This document shows, piece by piece, positions 8,236-16,023 of a stretch of DNA of 32,000 bases. Below the pieces are notes generated by a model. That model had not been told where the DNA came from and searched no databases. It saw only the letters and a program-made list of their open reading frames with translations. Source of the DNA: Candidatus Saccharimonadota bacterium (lineage in GTDB: Bacteria; Patescibacteriota; Gracilibacteria; BD1-5; UBA6164); contig OY782392.1 in assembly GCA_963677765.1 (NCBI GenBank), positions 690,001 to 722,000 on the forward strand. The letters run 5' to 3'. The translations under genes were made by a program, and so were the position numbers. How positions within the stretch are numbered: position 1 is the first letter of the stretch; every line of letters starts with the position of its first letter.

Positions 8236-10198
8236 AGTCTTCTAATAATGATTTAATAATATCTGTTTCGTCATTATCATCTATTATTTTAAATAAAGGA
8301 ATATCTTCATCAATTATCTTTTCCATTCTTTTTACTTTATCATTTAATCTATCATTAATTACTGTATCTATAGAATCTTTTGATATTATGTAAAAGTAAT
8401 TTGTTTCAGTTCATTCTTTTAGTCCAACACGATGTATACGATCTTTTGATTGAAGGAAGTTAGAACAATTATAATCTCTTTCCATATAGATTGCATTATG
8501 GCATCATTTATGTAGTGATATTGATTCAGATACAGAAAATGGGTTTGCAATAACTAAGTTAAAATCTTGGTTATCTGGATTGTTAAATTTATCAATTATT
8601 TTTTCTCTCTCTTCTTGAGGAATTTTACCTATTAATAATTCTGATTTTATATTTAAACTCTTAAGATAATCTTGTAGTTCTTCAGCATTTTGAATAAAAA
8701 TAGTCCATATTATAACTTTTCACTTTTCTTTAGTTATTTTATCAATGATTTCTTTAACTTTTTGAAATTTTATAGGAATATTCCCATTTTTTCAAAAACT
8801 ATTTATTTTTGAAAAAATAAATGAGTCATCTATTGTTTCATTATTCAGTAAGGCAAATTTTAAATTTGGGTCTTGTTCTCAATCAATTCATGCTTCTAAA
8901 GTATCTTTTAATACTTTAGTAAGTAATTTTGGATTTGTAGCAGCTTGTCTTAAACGAATTAATTTAGCTTTATTTAAAGTATCTTTTATTGATGCATTTG
9001 GGTCCTTTGAAAATGATTCTATATATTTTCATTCAATGAAATCATATATTTCTCTTTGTTCATCTGTCATATCAACATATATAATATTCTCTTTTATTTC
9101 AGGTAATTGTAAATCTTTTTTCTTTATTCTTATAAAATAGGGATTTATATTATTTATGAAATCTTTTATTCTATTACTATCAGTACTATTTTGATTTTTT
9201 GTTAATTCTTTTAATTGGTCATAGTGAATTTTTAATATATCTTTATATTTAAAAGGGTATATAAAACGGTATAGATTAAAAATATCTTCATATCAATTTG
9301 GTACTGGAGTTCATGTTAATATTACTCTTGAAGTTGCTTCTTTTGCTATTTCGGCAACACTTTCTCACCAAATTCAATTTGGATTTTTAATACGATGAGC
9401 TTCGTCTACAATAACCATTACTTTATTTTGTTTTAAGAAATCTGTAATTTCTTTTTCAAATATATCAACTCATCAATGAGAAACTAAAGTTAATTCTTTA
9501 GGATTATTTGAATATAAATGTTCTTCTTTCTTTTTTCTAGAAATTGATATATCTCAAGATAATCTTTGACTTTCTACTTTATATCAAAAACATTCCTCAT
9601 ATTCTTTCTCCCATGGAGCAAAAGAAGATAAAGGTCAAATAATTAATAATTTATCAACATGTTTAGAATCATTTTCAGGTAAGCTTTTTAAGTATGTATA
9701 TGATCAATATACTATGGAAGTTTTTCAAGCTCATGGAACAGCAAAATTACATGAATTTTGAGAAAAAGCCATATGAAATGCTGATAACATTTGTAAAGGA
9801 TATAGAGTTCTACTCATTCATTTTTCCAATACATTTTTAAATTCTCTAAAATCAGCTTCTAATTCACCTGAATCAGAAAAGTCATTGTTTCTTATCTTTT
9901 TTGCCTTAGAAGAAAATTCATTAAAATTTTCTTGTTCTTTATTATATGACTCTAGCTCAGTTTTGATACTTGAATCAAAAATAATTTTATAATTAAACTT
10001 ATTAAAAATATTTTTTATTTCTTCAAGAATTATTATTTTATTTAGGTTTGAAAAAGGTATTTTCAATAAACTGTTATCTATAAAATAATTAAGTCTTTTT
10101 AATCATATTATTAATCTTTTATTTTCATTTATTGAAATATTGTTTCATTCTATTAAAAAATTATCTCATTTTATTGAAATATGTATTTCATTTTGCAT
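8210..10198 (-). CDS. SNF2/RAD54-family helicase (dsDNA translocase) with an N-terminal extension of about 130 aa of unknown function
   Basis: 662-aa ORF verified free of TAA/TAG. Motif I is AVPGAGKTS, motif II MVIVDEAHRIKN and motif III ILTGTPVPNG. The C-lobe reads KVIIWTIF...ESISLHKGCHNAIYMERDYNCSNFLQSKDRIHRVG. Confidence 0.9.
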
Positions 10199-10206
10199 AA
10201 ATAAAA

Positions 10207-11580
10207 TTAATTAGTTTTTATATCTTTTTCTAATTGATAAGTTATTTTTTGAATATCTTTTGTGTAAGTTAATATTTCATTTTTATCATTATCAGAAACT
10301 TTTGTTGAATTTAGTGAATTTAATAATTCAATAACTTTCTTTAAAATTGATTTTGGAGATTTTGAAAACATCATTGATTCTAAAATATTGTCTAATACTT
10401 CTATTTTTTCAATTACATCATCATTTTTTGAATTTTTATTTATCTTGGCAACAGAAATAGCATCAATTGCTTTATTAACTAATTTTAAAGGTTCATTTTT
10501 ATGGAGCTGATTTCCTAATTTTGTTTCATGATCTTCTAAGTTTTGTTTTAATAAATCATAACTATCATCTATAAACTTTGAGTCTCTACTATCTAAAGTA
10601 CTTTTTAAGTCTGGAGAATCAAAATTTATTTTTTCTTCTAAATCCTGAATTGGTATTATTTTTTCGAAATGGCTTGTTTTAAAACTCTCCCATATTTCTT
10701 TATTTCAGAAAAAATGATTTTGTTTTTGTCAGTTTGCAAGACTACGAAAACTTTTTCATTCATATTTTGCTCTTATATAATCAAAAGCAATTGTTTTTAA
10801 ATCATCTACATCACCATTATTATATCAATCAAATCATTTTGCACTTTGATTGTCATAGAAATTACTTAACCATCAAGTTAAACTAATAAATTGATCTTCT
10901 CTTCAATCTAATTGAGTATAAATTCAATTATAACCTAAATAATCTAAATAATCATCCATTGTGTTCATTACTGAAAGATATCATTCAATTGTAGCTTTTG
11001 TTTCTCACATCCAATCTGATATTTGTTCAACAGATACTCATTGATTAAGTAAGTCTTTTGATTTTAAGTATTTTTCTATAGGGTTATATCATAATTTTTC
11101 ATCTTCTCACATTTGGTAAGAAGTTTCTAATTTTTGTATCTCTATAGGATTTTCTTCTAAAGTTATATCTAATATTACTGTTTTAAAATATTCGTATTTA
11201 GGTATTTTATTAAGTAACATAGCTCTTCTATTTCAGTCAATAATTATTCAATCTTTTGTAATTATTCAGTATTCTTTTTGTCAGAACTTTTCTAAATCTT
11301 TTAATGTTTTCTGATTTCTGTCTATTTTTGATTTCCATAATAAATCTTCAATAACTAATTTTCAAGCTTCTGTATCTGATTTTATATCTCATCCTTGTTG
11401 CTCAAGGGATTTAGTACGGCTTAATATACGACCATTATATTTATTATAGATTAGATTCTTTAATGGAACCTCATAAACGTCAAAAGTTTTTAAAGCTCCT
11501 TTCCATAATAGTTCTTTTGATCAAATAGGATTTTGATTTAATATTTCAGAAATTTTTTCAATACGCATTTCTTTATTCAT
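10207..11580 (-). CDS. ParB/Srx N-terminal-domain protein (ParB-like nuclease/NTPase fold) with a long helical C-terminal region
   Basis: 457-aa ORF verified free of TAA/TAG. The hallmark motif is GIITKDGIIIDGNRRAMLL (compare ParB ..V.DGhRR...). No HTH or partition context is evident. Confidence 0.75.
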
Positions 11581-11585
11581 ATTTT

Positions 11586-13283
11586 TTAATTAAAAATTAA
11601 GTTTCAAATAGAATATATTGTAAATAAATGAGATTTTGGTATTTTATTTTTTGGAATAAAATCTATATTTGATATCAATTTATCATCTATAATTTTATTA
11701 GTAATAAACTCATATAGATAATTTCTAATATTTATAGGATTTTTAGTATTTTCTATATGTAAATCATTTTCATATATTTTTTGTAATTCTTGAATTTTTA
11801 TTTTTCAAATTACTTTATTAAATAGGTAATCTAATTCTTTTTTTAATAAGTCAAAATCTTCAATATTTTCTTTTAATACTTTTTCTAGCTTATTTATATG
11901 TTTTTTATTTATTTCAATATTTTTATATCATATTCAAGTTCAAAAGAAGACTTTTATAAACCATTTTTTTCATACTTCATTATTTTCATCGTAATTTAAT
12001 AAATCCACAGTAATATTGTTTTTCTTTAAAATAGGTCTTCTAAAGCGGGCATTTTTTTGTCTAGTTTTTGGTGAATTAAATTCATTTTCAGTAAATGTAT
12101 TTAAGTTTTTTACGTTTATATAGTGATTCTTTAGATCAATAAAACTTAAATTAGAAACCACTTCTTGTCATAACTTTATACGAATAGCTTTTGCTAATGC
12201 TGAACTTAAGTGAGGTGAAACCGCATTTCAAACTTGTCTCCATTTTGATCATTCTGATCATGTAAATTGGTAAGATAATGGAAATCACATAAGAGTTGAT
12301 ATTTCTCTAATAGTTGGTAATCTATATTCTCAATTTCATTTTCTATTATACTCAGATTTTAATATCAGAGCTTCTCTTGTGCTTGCTGATCTAGTGGCCA
12401 TTATAGTACGACATGGTTTATTTAAATTTTCTGGGAATGACATTTTTCACATACAAATATGATTTGTTTTTAAATCATTAGCTTTTTCCCATTCTATTTT
12501 ATATAATCATGTATCATAAAAATGATCTGTAAGTTCTAATCATTTTAATTTTAATGTTTTATAGTTAGGGTCTATAAATATAGAAGACTCAATATTTATT
12601 TTTTCTAAATTTGGTTTAGGTAGTTTATTTAACACTTCTCATAAAGTTTTATGATTAGAGTGAGTTATTGTAGGTTTTAAAAATTCTCCTGTTTTACACC
12701 ATTCTCAAGCAATAAATCTTTTTCTACTTTGAGGAGCTCAATAGTCTCATGAATTTAATATATCTCAATTATTCTTTACGCTTAGGGCTATATCTGAAGG
12801 ATTTTTTCAAATACTTTTAGCCCAATCTGATAAATTTAGCATGTCAAATGAATAATTTTCTTCAACATAATTTCTTGAATTTGGAACATTTTCCATATAC
12901 CAAGCAATTAATTTAGAATTTTTTTGATGTTTTTTTACAGCAATAACTCTTAAATAAGCCTCTATTAATTGTATTCATAGAGATTTATCTGCTTTTCCTG
13001 ATTTATTTGATGTTGAAAATGAAACACAACTAGGACTTCCAATGATAACTTCAGTATTTTCCAACTTATTAATTTCTTCTATATTTGAACTATCTTCATT
13101 CCAAAAATCAAGAACATTTTTAGTTATATCATTTAGATTATGGTTTAGATTATGAGTATCTATTGCTGTTTGCCAAAAATCAATTCATTTTATGATTTCA
13201 AATCATTGTTGTCTGAATCATTCAGAAAATCATCAAGCTCAACAAAAGAAATCAATTACTTTTAATTTTTTATATTTAGTCAT
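11586..13283 (-). CDS. DNA (cytosine-5)-methyltransferase with an atypical motif IV and a C-terminal extension of about 200 aa
   Basis: 565-aa ORF verified free of TAA/TAG. Motif I is VIDFFCGAGGFSEGF. Motif IV is [11 protein letters not shown] (canonical is PPCQxFS). Motif VI is MENV, motif VIII is APQSRKRF and motif X is KWRQVGNAVSPHL. About 200 further residues follow motif X. Confidence 0.9.
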
Positions 13284-13368
13284 TTTGTATTTTTATTGTT
13301 TAATTTTTTAATAATATATTAATTTTTAGAAAAAAGTCTAGATCAAATTTTTATAAATATCTATTATA

Positions 13369-13377
13369 ATTATACCA
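13369..13377 (-). promoter_or_regulatory. possible extended -10 (TGGTATAAT) for the island operon
   Basis: The reverse complement of attatacca is TGGTATAAT, about 86 nt upstream of the methyltransferase ATG. No convincing -35 was seen. Confidence 0.3.
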
Positions 13378-13403
13378 TATATGTAATAAAGTGTATGGAT
13401 TTA

Positions 13404-13482
13404 TTTTAATGGTTTGCTTTTGTTTAGAAGATTAGAACTGAGATAGGAGGTAGTTTGAATAATATATAAAATTATAATTTTA
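13404..13482. repeat. imperfect ~80-bp repeat, right copy (partner at 5241..5318)
   Basis: See 5241..5318. It lies between the methyltransferase promoter region and the right 68-bp repeat. Confidence 0.5.
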
Positions 13483-13513
13483 TTTGAATTTCTTCATATA
13501 TTCTTTGATTTTT

Positions 13514-13630
13514 TTAGTAATGTCTTCAATATTTTTCTATATTATTCAAAAATCTTTTATCTCCTGATATTATATTAGAAAATAATTCTGCTTTTAGTTC
13601 TATTCATATAAAATGAGATGTTGGTTTCAT
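13514..13630 (-). pseudogene. 38-codon ORF, possibly the N-terminal remnant of an ASCH/PUA-like domain gene
   Basis: MKPTSHFIGIELKAELFSNIISGDKRFLNNIEKYGRHY*. The stretch I.LKAELF..I.SG.K loosely resembles the start of ASCH domains (S.K.PWAELI.SGkKt.E.R). It is too short to be sure it is coding. Confidence 0.15.
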
Positions 13631-13661
13631 TTATATTTATTATATAATTATTATTTTATAA

Positions 13662-13729
13662 TAATATTTCAAATACTAAAAAAGACAACTAATTAATTAG
13701 TTGTCTTTTTTGTTTGTTATTTTTTTAAT
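13662..13729. repeat. right copy of the perfect 68-bp direct repeat, ending on the first base of the tRNA-Pro gene (the complement of the terminal A of its encoded CCA)
   Basis: Identical to 5180..5247. It contains the terminator hairpin that ends the tRNA operon. Confidence 0.85.
13678..13718. terminator. bidirectional hairpin terminator, copy 3; terminates the tRNA-Gly/Ile/Pro operon
   Basis: Same 41-mer as 2807..2847 and 5196..5236. The element is its own reverse complement across A6-stem-loop-stem-T6. It lies 10 nt downstream of the tRNA-Pro 3' end. Confidence 0.75.
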
Positions 13730-13805
13730 GGTCGGGGACGCGAGACTCGAACTCACAACCCCACGCTCCCAAAGCGTGTGCGCTAGCCAATTGCGCCAGT
13801 CCCCG
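13729..13805 (-). tRNA. tRNA-Pro (anticodon UGG), CCA encoded
   Basis: Hand-folded cloverleaf. Acceptor CGGGGAC/GTCCCCG, D stem GCGC/GCGC, anticodon stem CACGC/GCGTG with loop TT-TGG-GA, T arm GTGAG-TTCGAGT-CTCGC, then discriminator A plus CCA. 77 nt. Confidence 0.95.
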
Positions 13806-13813
13806 TAAAAAAA

Positions 13814-13890
13814 TGGTGGGTATAGGTGGAGTTGAACCACCGACCTCACGATTATCAGTCGTGCGCTCTAACCAACTGAGCTATACACCC
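13814..13890 (-). tRNA. tRNA-Ile (anticodon GAU), CCA encoded
   Basis: Acceptor GGGTGTA/TATACCC, D arm GCTC-AGTTGGTTA-GAGC, anticodon stem CACGA/TCGTG with loop CT-GAT-AA, and T arm GGTGG-TTCAACT-CCACC. 77 nt. Confidence 0.95.
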
Positions 13891-13936
13891 GTATTAATAA
13901 AAATTACGAACACAAATTACAAACAAGATTGTATAA

Positions 13937-13960
13937 ATTCGTAATTCGTAATTCGTAATT
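13937..13960. repeat. tandem heptamer (ATTCGTA)x3 in the tRNA-Gly/tRNA-Ile spacer
   Basis: attcgta attcgta attcgta att. The inverse aattacgaa at 13902..13910 can pair with ttcgtaatt in the array, giving a 9-bp stem. Confidence 0.6.
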
Positions 13961-13978
13961 ATTATTGTTTATTTTAAA

Positions 13979-14055
13979 TGGAGCGGGTAATGGGACTCGA
14001 ACCCACAACCCTCTGCTTGGAAGGCAGATGCTCTAGCCAATTGAGCTATACCCGC
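13979..14055 (-). tRNA. tRNA-Gly (anticodon UCC), CCA encoded
   Basis: Acceptor GCGGGTA/TACCCGC, discriminator T, D arm GCTC-AATTGGCTA-GAGC, anticodon stem TCTGC/GCAGA with loop CT-TCC-AA, and T arm GTGGG-TTCGAGT-CCCAT. 77 nt. Confidence 0.95.
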
Positions 14056-14084
14056 TTAGAAGTTATCTCTAACTTGCGAGAGAT

Positions 14085-14112
14085 ATTCTATTAAAAAACT
14101 TTTATAAGTCAA
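14085..14112 (-). promoter_or_regulatory. sigma70-like promoter of the tRNA operon (TTGACT-N16-TAGAAT)
   Basis: On the minus strand the -35 TTGACT is at 14112..14107 and the -10 TAGAAT is at 14090..14085, with a 16-nt spacer. The -10 lies about 30 nt upstream of the tRNA-Gly 5' end. Confidence 0.5.
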
Positions 14113-14140
14113 AACTTTTTTTATACTTTTTTTGAATTAG

Positions 14141-14172
14141 TTTAATAATGGCTTATTATAGCCATTATTAAA
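14141..14172. terminator. perfect 12-bp hairpin just downstream of folD (possible terminator or insulator)
   Basis: tttaataatggc (14141..14152) pairs with gccattattaaa (14161..14172) around an 8-nt loop. There is no clear T-tract on the folD (minus) side, so function is uncertain. Confidence 0.35.
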
Positions 14173-14179
14173 CTTGTTT

Positions 14180-15013
14180 TTATTTATTTTGAAGCTTAAA
14201 GGCCTTAAGTGTATTTTTCATAAGCATAGCAACTGTTAAAGCTCATACTCAACCAGGAACAGGAGTAACTTTACTTCAAACTAAATCAATCAATTTTGTG
14301 TCAGCATCTCAATATATTTTTCAATCAACTACAGTAAATCATACATCTATTACTAAAGCTCATACTTTTAGCATATTAACTTTTAGTATTTCAGGTTTTC
14401 AAGCCGCTACAATTATTATATCTGCTTGAGTAGTATGTTTTGCTATATTTTTTGTTTTACTATTACAGCTAATAACTGTTGCTCATGCATTTATTAACAT
14501 TGCTGTTATTGGTTTTCAAACAATATTACTTCTTCATACTACACATACTATTTTTCATTCTAACTCAACTTTTTCATCTTTTATAACTTCCATTATTCAT
14601 GCTGGAGTACATGGAGCAAATCAATTATTATCTCAAATAAGTATTTTTCATTGATTTACTGGATGGAAACCATCAACATCTTTTTTTGGATGTATAGAAT
14701 TTATTATTTTTGTAGAATTAATATGTTTAGGTAAGGGAAGTTGAACTATATATCAATTTATATTTTCATCATTATTGTATTCTTTTACTTTTGCTAGTAA
14801 TTCTCTTTCTTTTATATTTTCATCAAATTCTTCTAATCTAAAATTTATTCATACATATTCAGCCCATTTTCTCTTTTGATTTATATATCTTATACTTGAG
14901 CTATTTTTTCATACAAGAACAGCTAGTAAAGTAGGTTTTTTATTGTTTTTTGAAACTTCTGTTTTTATTTCATCATATATTTCTCATGCTAGTTTTTTTC
15001 AGTCTATAATCAT
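14180..15013 (-). CDS. folD: bifunctional methylenetetrahydrofolate dehydrogenase/cyclohydrolase
   Basis: 277 aa. Motifs: MIIDGKKLA...[61 protein letters not shown] and TPVPGGVGALTVAML. Confidence 0.95.
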
Positions 15014-15163
15014 TTTTTCTTGTTTAGTGTAATATAATTTTTTTAAAAATTATATTAATTATATTTTTATTAATTATTTAATCAAGAAAATTTTGTTTAA
15101 CTAAGTATTTGTATATATTATATTTAGTTAATATTTAAATTTTATTTTATGTTTTATAGGTTA

Positions 15164-15994
15164 ATGAGAATATTTAATATGTTCTCAAATAGAGGATTAT
15201 CTATAATAATATTGTTAGCCTTTTTTGCTTTCTGATTTTATTATTATAATAATATATATTTGAAAAATAAAATAGAGGAATCTCAATTACAAGAATCAAG
15301 TACTTGAGCTTTGGTTGAAGAAATAAAATTAGTTGAAATTGAAGAGAATATATCTAATACATGATCTAGTGTTAAAGACAAAATAGATTCTTTAAAGGAA
15401 AAATTAGATTATTATATTTATTTTGATTTTGAAAATATATCATTTAATTTTAAAGAAATAGAAAATTGATTAGAACTTTATGTTTGAGATAAAAAAGTTT
15501 TAAACTTTGATTTGTATCCAAAAGAAAATATAAATGTAAAAACTATTTATTCTTCTAATTCTTTTTTATTAAAGATAGCTAAGGATTATTATATTTATGA
15601 GCTTGATAATAATAATTTATTAAAAATGAATATATTTGTAGATATTATTTATGCTAAAAAATATAATGATAAGTATATTTTAGTTACTGATAAATGAAGT
15701 TATGTTTATAATAAAAAATCTTCAAGCATTGAATATTTTAGTTTTTTTCATGATTTTGTTTATTATAAAAACTATTATATTTGAATAATAAAAAATACAG
15801 ATACTATTAGATTAAATAATTTATGATTAGATTTAAATACTAATAATTCTATATATTTTTATAATCCACTTACAAAAGAAAAAAAATCTTTATATGATAC
15901 TAATATATCTTTGGAAAAAATATATTACTCAGGTTCTGATATATATTTTGAAGATAGTTCATGAAAAAAGTATAAATTAGAAAATTTCAAATAA
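15164..15994 (+). CDS. membrane-anchored hypothetical protein
   Basis: 276 aa with an N-terminal TM segment (GLSIIILLAFFAFGFYYY). The remainder is Asn/Tyr/Lys-rich and predicted extracytoplasmic. No family recognised. Track ORF 15512..15697 is a fragment of it. Confidence 0.65.
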
Positions 15995-16023
15995 AAAAAC
16001 TAGAATTTTATTCTAGTTTTTTT
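15994..16023. terminator. bidirectional hairpin terminator between convergent genes
   Basis: aaaaaaactagaa-tttta-ttctagttttttt has stem ctagaa/ttctag flanked by A and T runs. It overlaps both stop codons. Confidence 0.7.

Noticed and set aside
5453-13283. Classifying the operon as DISARM, Druantia type II, BREX, Dnd/Ssp, Dpd or a type I/III restriction-modification system
   Set aside because: Signature genes of each are missing. These are DrmA and DrmB (DUF1998) and PLD, DruE, PglZ and BrxC, DndACDE and SspBCD, the DpdA transglycosylase, and HsdS/HsdR or Res. Only individual parts (SNF2, MTase, ParB-like) are shared. This judgement is from memory and needs DefenseFinder or PADLOC confirmation.
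5248-13661. Integrase or transposase inside the island
   Set aside because: All sizeable ORFs on both strands under table 25 are accounted for by the five operon genes. None shows tyrosine-recombinase (R..HxxR..Y), serine-recombinase or DDE motifs by eye. Absence cannot be proven without a profile search.
13937-13960. CRISPR array or other long repeat-spacer structure
   Set aside because: Only a 7-bp unit repeated three times without spacers. No repeat of 20-40 bp with regular spacing occurs anywhere in the window, and no cas genes are present.
15039-15059. Exact 21-mer ttttttaaaaattatattaat shared by 15039..15059 and 18561..18581 as a possible regulatory motif
   Set aside because: It consists purely of A and T in DNA that is overwhelmingly A+T. 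A single shared 21-mer of this composition is plausibly chance, and the two copies have different positions and orientations relative to the adjacent genes.
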